From: an uncultured archaeon
Lineage (GTDB): Archaea; Iainarchaeota; Iainarchaeia; Iainarchaeales; 1-14-0-10-31-34
Direction of reading: 5' to 3'
NCBI GenBank assembly: GCA_964608675.1
Contig: CAZSOZ010000001.1
Span: 192,001-256,000, forward strand
Length of the DNA: 64,000 bases
The position numbers and the translations under genes are program-made. Below are positions 10,654 to 20,297 of the stretch, piece after piece (position 1 is the stretch's first letter; every line of letters begins with the position of its first letter). Under the pieces are notes generated by a model that worked only from the letters and a program-made list of their open reading frames with translations, had not been told where the DNA came from and made no database searches.

Positions 10654-12087
10654 TCACTCATGTTTTTTTCTTTCATGGTTTCTGGTTTTCTCAAATTCTT
10701 TTTCAATTGCATCAGGAATAGGAACAGGGTATTTTCCATCCAAACAAGCCATACACAAATCCTTTCTCTGTAAAGCTTTCTTTAAAGAATCAATTGAATT
10801 ATAAATCAATAAATCTGCGCCAATATGTTCCTGAATTTCTTTAACAGACTTTTTTGCTGCAATTAATTCATTCTTTGAAGGCATATCAACTCCATAAAAA
10901 CAAGGAGAAACAATAGGCGGACAAGTAGACAAAAAATAAATTTTATTTGCTCCGTTGTCTTTCAGCAATTTAACGATTTTCTTGGAAGTTGTGCCTCTTA
11001 CAATGCTGTCATCAACAAGAATAATGTTTTTTCCGTTTACTTCACTGTAAACAGGATTCAATTTAAGTTTTACTCCATTCTCTCTTTTAATCTGAGAAGC
11101 CATAATAAAAGTCCTGCCAATATACCGGTTTTTAATTAAACCTTCACGATAAGGAAGACCAATTACTTCAGCCAAACGAGAAGCAGCAGTACGACTTGTA
11201 TCAGGAACCGGAACAACAACATCAGCTTTTAAACCAGTTTTCAACCATTCATGAGCAAGCTGTTCGCCTAAATTAATTCTTGCAGTATAAACCTCCAAAT
11301 TATCAATAATAGATTCTGCTCCAGCAAAATAAACCCATTCAAACATGCAATGACGAGGTTTTCCTTCAATTAAATTCTTTGAATGAACATTAAGATTTGA
11401 ATCAACAAAAACCGCCTGTCCTGCTTCAACATTTCCCAAAAGCTTATGGCCAGTAGAAGTCAAAGGCAAAGACTCAGAAGAAAAACCAATAGATTTGATT
11501 CCGTTGGATTCTTTTTCAGCCATTACCAAAGGGCGAATTGCATTAGGGTCACGAAAAGCAAGAAGTCCTTTGTCTTTTAGTACCATAACCACAGAATACG
11601 CTCCATGAACTTTTTCAAAAACTTTTTTAACTGCATTAAAAACTGCGTCAACAGAAAATTCTTCAGGCAAAGCATTAGCAAAAACATGAAGAATTACCTC
11701 AACATCACAAGAAGAAACCACACAAGTTTTATCAGTATTAAGTTGTTTTTTTAATTCAAAATAATTAGTGATGTTTCCGTTATGCGCAATACCGATTTCA
11801 TAAGGCTTAGAAACCTTAAACGGCTGAGCATCAGTTAAAAAATCAGAACCAATAGTAGGATAACGGGTATGGCCAATAGCAAAATTAGAAGACAGTTTAC
11901 TTAATTCTTTTTCAGTAAAAATGCTTCCGACAAGGCCTTCATTTTTAATTAACTTTAATTCATCAGAATCAGCTTTATAAGAAAGAATTCCTGCAGAATC
12001 CTGCCCTCTGTGCTGAAGAGAAAGCATTCCCACAAACAAGTCAGGCAAAACACTCTTTTTAGAAATAATTCCAATTATTCCGCACAT
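10654..12087 (-). CDS. purF: Amidophosphoribosyltransferase
   Basis: N-terminal MCGI, LQHRGQDSAG, GHTRYPT, VDDSIVRGTTS and C-terminal Fe-S cysteines. Confidence 0.95.
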   Translation of the reverse strand: MCGIIGIISKKSVLPDLFVGMLSLQHRGQDSAGILSYKADSDELKLIKNEGLVGSIFTEKELSKLSSNFAIGHTRYPTIGSDFLTDAQPFKVSKPYEIGIAHNGNITNYFELKKQLNTDKTCVVSSCDVEVILHVFANALPEEFSVDAVFNAVKKVFEKVHGAYSVVMVLKDKGLLAFRDPNAIRPLVMAEKESNGIKSIGFSSESLPLTSTGHKLLGNVEAGQAVFVDSNLNVHSKNLIEGKPRHCMFEWVYFAGAESIIDNLEVYTARINLGEQLAHEWLKTGLKADVVVPVPDTSRTAASRLAEVIGLPYREGLIKNRYIGRTFIMASQIKRENGVKLKLNPVYSEVNGKNIILVDDSIVRGTTSKKIVKLLKDNGANKIYFLSTCPPIVSPCFYGVDMPSKNELIAAKKSVKEIQEHIGADLLIYNSIDSLKKALQRKDLCMACLDGKYPVPIPDAIEKEFEKTRNHERKKHE

Positions 12088-12197
12088 AAAAAAAAACCGA
12101 GGACACTCAAATAATATAATGAAAGACTTAAAAGAATTTAAAGCAAATGGCTAAAAAAAAGAGAAAACAATAAAAACAATTCAAATCATATTTATAT

Positions 12198-13538
12198 ATG
12201 TTAAAAGCTATTTCTCCGATAGACGGAAGATACGAAAGCCAAACAAAAGAATTACAAGAAATTTTCTCAGAATACGGAACGCAAAAATACAGAACAGAAA
12301 CTGAAATAAAATACCTGCTTTTTTTATCAAAAAAAAACATAATAAGAAAATTTACTGAAAAAGAAAAAAAAATTCTTAAAAACATTTATGAAAACTTCAA
12401 CCAAAAAGACTCAAAAGAAATAAAAAGAATAGAAAAAACCACAAACCACGATGTAAAAGCAGTTGAATACTTTATAAGAAAAAAAATAAAAAAAAGTTCA
12501 CTGAAAGACATTGAAAGTTATGTTCATTTTGGGCTGACATCAGAAGACATAAACAATCTGGCAAACTCAAAACAAATACAAAAAGGATTAGATTTATACA
12601 TAACTATTTGTTCTGCTTTGCACAAAAAACTAAAAGAAATTTCATTAAAAGAAAAAAACACTGCCATGCTTTCCCATACCCATGGCCAGCCAGCTTCCCC
12701 GACAACCTTTGGAAAAGAAACAGCAGTATTTGCTTCAAGAATAAAAGAAAGCCTTGAATTAATAAAAAAAATGAATCTGCCGGGAAAACTGAATTCTGCT
12801 TCAGGAAACTTTAATTCATTTTATGCTGCTTTTCCAGAAAAAAACTGGATTAAATTAAGCAAAGAATTCGTTGAAAGCCTTGGATTCGAACACAAAAAAT
12901 TAACCGTCCAAATAATTCCGCATGACAACATTTCAAGAATCTTAAATGAAATAAGCCTGCTGAACAGCATCATAATTAATCTGGATACAGATTTATGGTT
13001 TTACATAAGCAAAGAATACGTTTCACAAAAAAAAATAGGAACAGAAACAGGCAGTTCAGTTATGCCTCACAAAATAAATCCAATTCAATTTGAAAACAGT
13101 GAAGGAAACCTTGTTCTGGCAAACAATCTTCTGGATTTCTTAAGTTCAAGATTAATGAAAACAAGAATGCAAAGAGATTTAACTGACTCAACAATAAAAA
13201 GAAACTACGGAACAGCCTTTGGGCATTCAATAATAGGAATAAAAATGTGCTTAAAAGGACTAAACAGAATAAAACCAAACAAACAAAAAATGCTCGAAGA
13301 ACTCAAAAAAAACCCTGAAATATTAACAGAAGCAATCCAAACAATAATGAGAAAAGAAGGAAACACCCAAGCATACGAAAAACTCAAAAACATTTCAAGA
13401 GGAAAAAAAATAACATTAGAAGAACTAAAAAAATTCATAAAAAAAAGTTCATTAAGCCAAAAAGAAAAAAACAAGCTTATGAAATTAACTCCTGAAAAAT
13501 ATTTAGGAAAAGCAGAAGAACTCGCAAAAAGCAATTAA
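12198..13538 (+). CDS. purB: Adenylosuccinate lyase
   Basis: AISPIDGRY, TNHDVKAVEY and GSSVMPHKINP motifs. Confidence 0.95.
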   Translation: MLKAISPIDGRYESQTKELQEIFSEYGTQKYRTETEIKYLLFLSKKNIIRKFTEKEKKILKNIYENFNQKDSKEIKRIEKTTNHDVKAVEYFIRKKIKKSSLKDIESYVHFGLTSEDINNLANSKQIQKGLDLYITICSALHKKLKEISLKEKNTAMLSHTHGQPASPTTFGKETAVFASRIKESLELIKKMNLPGKLNSASGNFNSFYAAFPEKNWIKLSKEFVESLGFEHKKLTVQIIPHDNISRILNEISLLNSIIINLDTDLWFYISKEYVSQKKIGTETGSSVMPHKINPIQFENSEGNLVLANNLLDFLSSRLMKTRMQRDLTDSTIKRNYGTAFGHSIIGIKMCLKGLNRIKPNKQKMLEELKKNPEILTEAIQTIMRKEGNTQAYEKLKNISRGKKITLEELKKFIKKSSLSQKEKNKLMKLTPEKYLGKAEELAKSN

Positions 13539-14824
13539 TCTTTTATGAAAGTATCGCTTCTTTCTGCACCAAAAGAAACTGTTTTAATTTGAACACTCAC
13601 ACTTTTTTCAATGAATTCAAGGTATTTTTTTGCATTACCATCCAAAACAGAAAAACCTTTTTTTCTTAATTCCCTTCTTTCATTTTCCTCCAAAACAAAG
13701 CCCTCAAATTCAACAAAATGAGGTTCAGCTTTTTTAGTTAAATGATTTGCATAAGGAAACTCAAAAAACTTTTTTTTATTAATTAAATAATAGTCCGCAA
13801 CAAGCAGTTTTTTTATTCCACTTAAAACATCAAGCTTAGTTATTGCCAATTCAGTAAAGCCGTTTAACCTATTGGACATACGGAGCATAGGCAAATCAAG
13901 CCAGCCTACCCTTCTTGCCCTGCCGGTAGTAGTTCCAAATTCATTTCCTGAATTACGCAAAGTATCTGCTTCATCCCCTGAAATTTCAGTAGGAAACGGA
14001 CCAGAACCCACTCTAGTTGAATACGCTTTAATTACGCCGACAATTCTTTCAGTTATTCTCTGAGGAGCAATTCCTACCCCGCTGGTAATAGAACCTGAAA
14101 CAGGATGAGAAGAAGTAACAAAAGGATAAGTTCCAAAATCATTGTCAAGCATTGTTCCCTGGGCGCCTTCAAACAAAACTCTTTTTCCTTTATCCAAACA
14201 TTCATTCACTTCAATAGAAACATCAGAAAGCATTTCATTAAACTGCCCTCCCAAAACAGAATACTGCTTAAAAGTTTCTTCCTGAGTAAAATCAAAATTT
14301 TTATTTAAAACTTTTTCACACAAACTCTTGTAAAAAGGAAAATTAAAATCAAGTTTTTCCTTTAATCTTTCTTCATCAATTAAATCATCAAAACGTATTC
14401 CTATTCTAGAAGCACGATCAGCATAACACGGACCAACTCCTCTTCGAGTAGTTCCAATATTGTTTTCCTTTAAAGCTTCCTCTTTTCCAACATCAATTAC
14501 ATTATGCCAAGGCATTATAATTTGGCATCTTGGGTCAACCCCCAAATTAACTTCAATTCCTTTTTCATTTAAAGAATCAATTTCTTTTTTTAAAACTCTC
14601 GGATCAAGACAAACGCCGGCTCCAATCAAAGACCTCTTATTTCTTACTACCCCTGAAGGAAGCAAATGCAGTTTAAAAATCTGGTCTTTAACTACAACAG
14701 TATGCCCAGCATTATTTCCTCCTTGATATCTTACAACACAATCAGATTCTTCTGCAAGACAATCAACAAGCTTTCCTTTTCCTTCATCACCAAACTGAGA
14801 CCCAATAATTATTGTTGAACTCAT
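13535..14824 (-). CDS. purA: Adenylosuccinate synthetase
   Basis: QFGDEGKGK, GGNNAGHT, FEGAQG and EFGTTTGRARRVGWLD motifs. Confidence 0.95.
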   Translation of the reverse strand: MSSTIIIGSQFGDEGKGKLVDCLAEESDCVVRYQGGNNAGHTVVVKDQIFKLHLLPSGVVRNKRSLIGAGVCLDPRVLKKEIDSLNEKGIEVNLGVDPRCQIIMPWHNVIDVGKEEALKENNIGTTRRGVGPCYADRASRIGIRFDDLIDEERLKEKLDFNFPFYKSLCEKVLNKNFDFTQEETFKQYSVLGGQFNEMLSDVSIEVNECLDKGKRVLFEGAQGTMLDNDFGTYPFVTSSHPVSGSITSGVGIAPQRITERIVGVIKAYSTRVGSGPFPTEISGDEADTLRNSGNEFGTTTGRARRVGWLDLPMLRMSNRLNGFTELAITKLDVLSGIKKLLVADYYLINKKKFFEFPYANHLTKKAEPHFVEFEGFVLEENERRELRKKGFSVLDGNAKKYLEFIEKSVSVQIKTVSFGAERSDTFIKD

Positions 14825-14897
14825 ACCTTTCAAAATATGCTTAGAAGAATTTAAAAAAAGAAAGTTCTTTTTTTGATTAAAATTTTTTCTTAAAAAA

Positions 14898-14971
14898 TGA
14901 GGCTGGCGGGATTTGAACCCGCGACACCACGGTCTTCAGCCGTGTGCTCTCCCAGACTGAGCTACAGCCTC
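14898..14971 (-). tRNA. tRNA-Phe(GAA)
   Basis: Reverse complement GAGGCTGTAGCTCAG...CACGG-CTGAAGA-CCGTG...GGTTCAAATCC...CAGCCTCA; CCA not encoded. Confidence 0.95.
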
Positions 14972-15014
14972 AGAAACAAAATATTGTTTGTAATAATGCA
15001 TTTAAAGATATGGA

Positions 15015-15087
15015 CGAGCCCGGAGGGATTCGAACCCCCGACCCCATGGTTAAGAGCCATGTGCTCTGCCAACTGAGCTACGGGCCC
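15015..15087 (-). tRNA. tRNA-Lys(CTT)
   Basis: Reverse complement GGGCCCGTAGCTCAG...CATGG-CTCTTAA-CCATG...GGTTCGAATCC...CGGGCTCG. Confidence 0.95.
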
Positions 15088-15148
15088 ATGATATTAAAAT
15101 CATAAGAGAAAAAATTTAAATCCTGCACTAAAAAAAAAATAATCTTTT

Positions 15149-15877
15149 TCAAAAAAATCCCCTTATTCTTTTTGCATCCCCTGAAATCTTAGTCTGCGGG
15201 AACCTTGATAATTTTTTATCTTTTTCTCCAACCCCAATATAAAAAGGCTGGTTTTCAAAAAAATACCAGTTAGTTTTTTCATCAAGCGGAAAACCCCACT
15301 CTAAATTCAAATCTGCATTTCTTCCTTTTCCAATCAGCTTCCATTTTTTTATCCCTATTTTTTCAGAATACTTATGAAAAAAAAACCTGAGAAGAGCCTT
15401 CTGATGCCCAGTTTTTACAGTTGAATCAACAAAAATTACTGATTTTCCATTCCAATTTCCTTTTTTAGCCAAATTCAATAACTTTTTGTCCACCCTCTCA
15501 AATTTCCTGCCAGTTAACTCCTGAAAACTTAATTTAACAAACTGCATTGAATCCAAATCCAACGCCTTCTTTAAAGCAAGAGAAGGAATTCTACCGCCCC
15601 TATCAATTCCGACAAAAACAGCATTGTTTAAATCAATTTTCTGTTTTCTTAAAAAATTTCTTACCTTCCAATTAATCTGCGCCAAATTTGTTTTCAAAAA
15701 CATTATTTGAAGTTTTTGCAGGGCAGGAATTTTCTTATTATAAAATTTTTTTTCAAGTGTCTTCGCAGACTGTTTATTCCTAAAAGTTTCTTTCTTTATT
15801 TTTTCATAAGCCCGTCTGGCTCTTTGAGCTTGCGTTAAATTTCCTTTAACAATTTTTCCTGCAGACATAATTTTCAT
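15149..15877 (-). CDS. Phosphoribosyltransferase-fold protein with basic N-terminus
   Basis: FVGIDRGGRIP and VIFVDSTVKTG resemble type I PRTase motifs (PRPP loop is DS rather than DD). Confidence 0.55.
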   Translation of the reverse strand: MKIMSAGKIVKGNLTQAQRARRAYEKIKKETFRNKQSAKTLEKKFYNKKIPALQKLQIMFLKTNLAQINWKVRNFLRKQKIDLNNAVFVGIDRGGRIPSLALKKALDLDSMQFVKLSFQELTGRKFERVDKKLLNLAKKGNWNGKSVIFVDSTVKTGHQKALLRFFFHKYSEKIGIKKWKLIGKGRNADLNLEWGFPLDEKTNWYFFENQPFYIGVGEKDKKLSRFPQTKISGDAKRIRGFF

Positions 15878-15980
15878 TTAAAAATAAAAAACAAAAAATT
15901 TAAGAACAAGATGAAAAACTAAAACACTGCAGTTAAAACAAAAATAAAAAAATCGGGCGCCTAAAAAAAAAGGCTGTTAA

Positions 15981-16053
15981 CGAGTCCGAAGGGATTCGAA
16001 CCCTCGACACCCGGCTTAAAAGGCCGGTGCTCTGCCAACTGAGCTACGGACCC
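15981..16053 (-). tRNA. tRNA-Lys(TTT)
   Basis: Reverse complement GGGTCCGTAGCTCAG...CCGGC-CTTTTAA-GCCGG...GGTTCGAATCC...CGGACTCG. Confidence 0.95.
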
Positions 16054-16135
16054 AATTACCCTGAAAAACAAGTGAACGAAAATAAACTTGTCTCAGAATA
16101 AGTAAAATAAATTGAGTAAAAAAAGTTATTTAAAC

Positions 16136-17416
16136 CTACTTTTTGGGGGTTAATTCCTTCAATCCATTCAAATAAGGATGCAGAACTTTAGGAATTTTTA
16201 CTGCACCTTCTTTTGTCTGAAAGTTTTCCAAAATAAGCCTTAACATTCTGGAAGTAGCGACCATTGTGCTGTTTAAAGTGTGAACCAAATTTTTTTCGTT
16301 TTTAGAAAAATATTTTATGTTAAGCCTTCTGGACTGATAAGAACTACAATTAGAACAAGAAATTATTTCAATGTATTTTTTTTCTCTGGGAGAAAAACCT
16401 TCGATATCAAATTTTTTTGATGCAACCGTTCCTATGTCCCCAGTACAGACATTAACTGCCCTGAAAGGAATTTTTAATGCATCAACAAAATCTTCTGCAT
16501 TCTTCAAAAGTTCTAAATGAATTTTATTAGAATCTTCAGGCATGCAAAAAACAACCTGTTCAATTTTATTAAATTGATGAACTCTAAACAAGCCTCTTTC
16601 ATCCAAACCATGCTTTCCTATTTCTTTCCTGAAACAAGCTGAACTTCCCACAAGCTTTAAAGGAAGATCTTTTTCATTAAAAGTTTGGTTCCAATGCATT
16701 GCAACCAAAGGATGCTCAGAAGTAGCAATCAAATAAAGGTCTTGATTTTCTATTTTATACATTACTTCTTCAAAGTCATTCAAATCAGTTACGCCCGAAT
16801 AAGGTTGCCTGCGCATAAGAAAAGGAGGAACAACAAAATCAAAGCCTTTCTTTAAAAGCAAATCAACTGCAAAAAGATTTAAAGCGCGCTCAACCAAAGC
16901 CAAATCTCCTTTAAGAAAATAAAATCCCGCTCCAGAAATTTTAACTGCGTTTTCAAAATCCGCGCCATTTAATTCAACTGCAAGACTGCCATGGTGCTTT
17001 AATTCAAAATTAAAAGAAGGGAGCCTGCCTTTTTTCTTAATTTCCTTGTTATCTGAATCATCCTTTCCAAAAGGAACATCCCCCTCCAAAAGATTAGGAA
17101 TTTTAAAAAGAAGGCCTTCACAATCTTTCTTTAATAAAACAAGCATGTTTTCCTTTTCCCTGATTTTAATAGGAATTTCTTTTGCTTCCTTAAGTTTTTT
17201 TGACGCATCCTTTTTTTCTGCCAGCAGTCTTTTTATTTCAAAAGTAATTTGATTTCTTTTAGATCTAAGGTCTTCTGTTTCCTGAAGAATTTTTCTCATT
17301 TGTTTGTCTTTTTTAATTAATTCATCAAAAAGAAAAAGATATTTTTTATTCTGCCTTCTTTCAAGATTTTTTTTAACTAATTCAGGATTCTCTCTCAGCA
17401 ATTTTATATCAATCAT
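16136..17416 (-). CDS. serS: Serine--tRNA ligase
   Basis: N-terminal coiled coil; YLIATSEHP, FRKEIG, GLFRVHQFNKIEQ and HTLNST motifs. Confidence 0.95.
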   Translation of the reverse strand: MIDIKLLRENPELVKKNLERRQNKKYLFLFDELIKKDKQMRKILQETEDLRSKRNQITFEIKRLLAEKKDASKKLKEAKEIPIKIREKENMLVLLKKDCEGLLFKIPNLLEGDVPFGKDDSDNKEIKKKGRLPSFNFELKHHGSLAVELNGADFENAVKISGAGFYFLKGDLALVERALNLFAVDLLLKKGFDFVVPPFLMRRQPYSGVTDLNDFEEVMYKIENQDLYLIATSEHPLVAMHWNQTFNEKDLPLKLVGSSACFRKEIGKHGLDERGLFRVHQFNKIEQVVFCMPEDSNKIHLELLKNAEDFVDALKIPFRAVNVCTGDIGTVASKKFDIEGFSPREKKYIEIISCSNCSSYQSRRLNIKYFSKNEKNLVHTLNSTMVATSRMLRLILENFQTKEGAVKIPKVLHPYLNGLKELTPKK

Positions 17417-17468
17417 CAAACCAACTCAAAACGATAATATAAAAATAAAAAGCAAGCAATAAAATAAT

Positions 17469-18002
17469 ATGGTTAAAAAAATAAGTGTTTTACGGTTAGG
17501 CCACAGAATTTACAGAGACATCAGGACAACAACACATTGCGCTTTAACTTCAAGAGCACTAGGCACAGACGAAATAATTATTTCAGGAGAAGAAGACAAA
17601 GAAATAGAAAAAACAATAAAAAAAGTTGTTTCCCGCTGGGGAGGCAAATTCAAAATAAGATTTTCCGACAATCCACTTAAAGAAATTAAACAAAAGAAAA
17701 AAGAAAAATATACAATAGTACATTTAACAATGTACGGAGAACAAATAGAAAAAAAAATAAAAAACCTCAAAAAAAAAGAAAAAATACTTATAATAATAGG
17801 AGGGAAAAAAGTCCCTCCCCAAATATATAAAGAAAGCGACTACAATATTTCAATAGGAAACCAGCCTCATTCAGAAATAGCCGCACTAGCAATAATTTTA
17901 CACGAATTATTCGAAAGAAAAGAACTGAAAAAAAAATTTAGAAAACCCAAAATACAAATTATCCCCCAAAAAACAGGAAAAAAAACAAAAAAATCAGATT
18001 AG
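17469..18002 (+). CDS. tRNA (cytidine56-2'-O)-methyltransferase aTrm56
   Basis: LRLGHR.RD.R.TTH.ALT.RA, HLTMYG and NQPHSE motifs. Confidence 0.92.
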   Translation: MVKKISVLRLGHRIYRDIRTTTHCALTSRALGTDEIIISGEEDKEIEKTIKKVVSRWGGKFKIRFSDNPLKEIKQKKKEKYTIVHLTMYGEQIEKKIKNLKKKEKILIIIGGKKVPPQIYKESDYNISIGNQPHSEIAALAIILHELFERKELKKKFRKPKIQIIPQKTGKKTKKSD

Positions 18003-18032
18003 TTTAAATTCATTTTTGCAAAACAAAACTAT

Positions 18033-18560
18033 ATGGCAAAAAAAGACGTTCTTTCTCATCCAGTAACCAAAACATTCATACAAAAAGTGGGAGGAGAAGA
18101 CGCCATCCCCCTAATAAAAGCATTTAAAAACAAGAGAAAGAAAGTAACAGACGAAGAAATAGCAAAAAAAACAGATTTAAAAATAACAGAAGTGAGAGCA
18201 ATACTAAACAGACTGCATTACAGAGGGATAGCCTGCTACGACAAAAAAAAGAACACAAAAACAGGATGGTATTTATATACTTGGGAAATAAAAGAAAAAA
18301 GAATTGCAGAACTAATAATAGAAGAACAAAGTGAAGAAATCAAAAAACTAGAAAAAAAACTTGAATTTGAAAAAGATTATGTCTTTTTTGCATGCAAAGA
18401 AATGTGCGAAAATGTTCCATTTGAAGTTGCAGCAGAATACCAGTTTCGTTGTCCAAAATGCGGGAAAACAATGGAAACTGTAAACAACAAAAAAAGAATT
18501 AAAACAATCAAAAAAGAACTTGAAACACTGGGAAGCGTGCTGGAAAAGCTTTCAAAATAA
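18033..18560 (+). CDS. tfe: Transcription factor E alpha (TFE)
   Basis: TDEEIAKKT...VRAILNRL...TGWYLYTW winged helix plus FRCPKCG Zn ribbon. Confidence 0.9.
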   Translation: MAKKDVLSHPVTKTFIQKVGGEDAIPLIKAFKNKRKKVTDEEIAKKTDLKITEVRAILNRLHYRGIACYDKKKNTKTGWYLYTWEIKEKRIAELIIEEQSEEIKKLEKKLEFEKDYVFFACKEMCENVPFEVAAEYQFRCPKCGKTMETVNNKKRIKTIKKELETLGSVLEKLSK

Positions 18561-18739
18561 GAAAAAAAACACAAAAACTTGGACAAAAAATTGTTAAAAA
18601 ATAAAAAAATAAAAAAGATTAAAAAAAGATTTAAAATAAAAAAAAGAGTTAAAAAACAAATAAAATTAAAAATAAACAGATAATAAGAGTTAAAAAGTTT
18701 TTTAACCTTAAAAAAAAGAGTTAAATTAAATAAAAACCT

Positions 18740-18814
18740 AGCGGGGTGGGGCAGCCAGGAGTGCCCGTCGGGCTCATAACCCGAAGGTCGAAGGTTCAAA
18801 TCCTTCCCCCGCTA
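18740..18814 (+). tRNA. Initiator tRNA-Met(CAT)
   Basis: AGCGGGG...TCGGG-CTCATAA-CCCGA...CCCCGCTA; A1:U72 pair and three G:C pairs in the anticodon stem. Confidence 0.95.
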
Positions 18815-19053
18815 CTCTATTTTTTAAAAAAAACAGAAAAAAATAACTCACTTTCATCCAATTAAACAATCTAATCCAAAAACACCCCTAAAATAATGCT
18901 AACTAAAAAACAAATTTAAAAAAAACAAACTCACTTAAAATACGCTTCAAAAAGAAAAAAAAATATTTTAAATAACTCAAATCTTGTTTTTTAAAATTAA
19001 AACTCACTCTCAAAGAAAATAGTTTAGATTTGCCTAAAAACAACGAAATTATA

Positions 19054-19144
19054 AGTAATTACTAGCTAAAAATCAACTAAAATATAGTAATTACCAGTAA
19101 AAATAATCAACACAGTTAGATTTTTAAGTAGTTAGGGTAATTAT
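19054..19144. promoter_or_regulatory. Three GTAATTA(C/T) palindromic operator-like sites
   Basis: AGTAATTACT 19054-19063, AGTAATTACC 19086-19095 and GTAATTAT 19137-19144, upstream of a wHTH gene. Confidence 0.45.
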
Positions 19145-19156
19145 AATATTGAAATC

Positions 19157-19579
19157 ATGATTAAAAAAATACTTGGAAAGCTTTTTTCAGTTTTTAGGCC
19201 TGCAGAAATTAAAAATAAAGAAACAATATACGAAGATGAAGAAAAAGAAAGCGTGCATGAAATTTATAGTTTATGGGATTATATAAGTCCTTTTGAAAAC
19301 ACTCAAGCACACCACATTTTATCAGTTATTGGTTTTGACGAATGGGTTTCTATGGAAGAAATAAAAAGAAGAATAAGAGAATTATTTTCAATTGAATACA
19401 AAAATGACAGAAGCCTTTATCCATATATAAAAACTCTTGTTGATGTGGGTTTACTGGAAACCATTAATGTCGGCGGAAAAAGAAAATGGAGAAAAAAAGA
19501 TTTAATAATAAAAATCAAACAAAAAATAAAGGAAAAAGAAGAAGAAAGGCTTCTAGCCTTTGAGAAAAGCATACAATGA
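19157..19579 (+). CDS. Putative winged-helix DNA-binding protein
   Basis: VSMEEIKRRI...SLYPYIKTLVDVGLLE...GGKRKWR fits a wHTH pattern. Confidence 0.6.
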   Translation: MIKKILGKLFSVFRPAEIKNKETIYEDEEKESVHEIYSLWDYISPFENTQAHHILSVIGFDEWVSMEEIKRRIRELFSIEYKNDRSLYPYIKTLVDVGLLETINVGGKRKWRKKDLIIKIKQKIKEKEEERLLAFEKSIQ

Positions 19580-20140
19580 ATGAAAATATTTTAGTTTATC
19601 TGATTTATTGTACACTTCTTTAAACCAGGAATTTCCTGCTATTTTATGAGATTCAGACAAAACTGCTTGAGAAAAAGAAGAGTCTGTGTCTTTCTTTTCC
19701 ATGGCTTGTTGCTTTAATTTTTCCAGTTCAGAAAGAATTTGACCATGTTCTTTTGAAGGATTCAAAACAAATGTTCTGTCAATTAAACTTTCCAGAGATT
19801 TAACTACTGAATCTTCTTCAACTTCTTTTTCATTTAAATAATAAACTGCTTTCCAATCCCCTTTAATAGTCCATGAGTGACTGGGGTTTTTTCCTGTTTT
19901 AAAAAAACTTATTAAATCCGAAAATTTTTCTTGAGGGATAACAACACAATTTTTGCCGTGTTTTATAAAAGGAGTGTTAGAAAGAATTCCATGTCTGTGA
20001 TAAACATATGTTTTTCCGCTGGATTTAGAAACTTGCTGGGAATAACCATAAATTGCCCGAAATAATTTTTGATACGTGTAGGATGAATGTTTTACGTCTT
20101 TTGGCAAAATAAATTTATATTGCACAAAATATCCTTTCAC
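19553..20140 (-). CDS. Hypothetical protein with a possible ferredoxin-like (Cas2/VapD-like) N-terminal domain
   Basis: GTG start; YFVQYKF...KLFRAIYGY...YVYHRHGIL...KNCVVIP; fold call is tentative. Confidence 0.45.
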   Translation of the reverse strand: MKGYFVQYKFILPKDVKHSSYTYQKLFRAIYGYSQQVSKSSGKTYVYHRHGILSNTPFIKHGKNCVVIPQEKFSDLISFFKTGKNPSHSWTIKGDWKAVYYLNEKEVEEDSVVKSLESLIDRTFVLNPSKEHGQILSELEKLKQQAMEKKDTDSSFSQAVLSESHKIAGNSWFKEVYNKSDKLKYFHSLYAFLKG

Positions 20141-20297
20141 AGAGACCCCTCAATTCCACTATTCTTTTATATAATATAAAAGCATCTTTTATGTATATAT
20201 ATATACTATAATTAAATATAAATGTTTGCAAAAAATTTGTTTATTTTTAAATATTTTAAAAAATAGGCAAAAAAAGCAAAAAAAGAAAAAAATAGAA

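Noticed and set aside
18377-18799. 140-aa minus-strand ORF
   Set aside because: It is antisense to tfe, poly-A intergenic DNA and tRNA-iMet; an F/L-rich shadow ORF.
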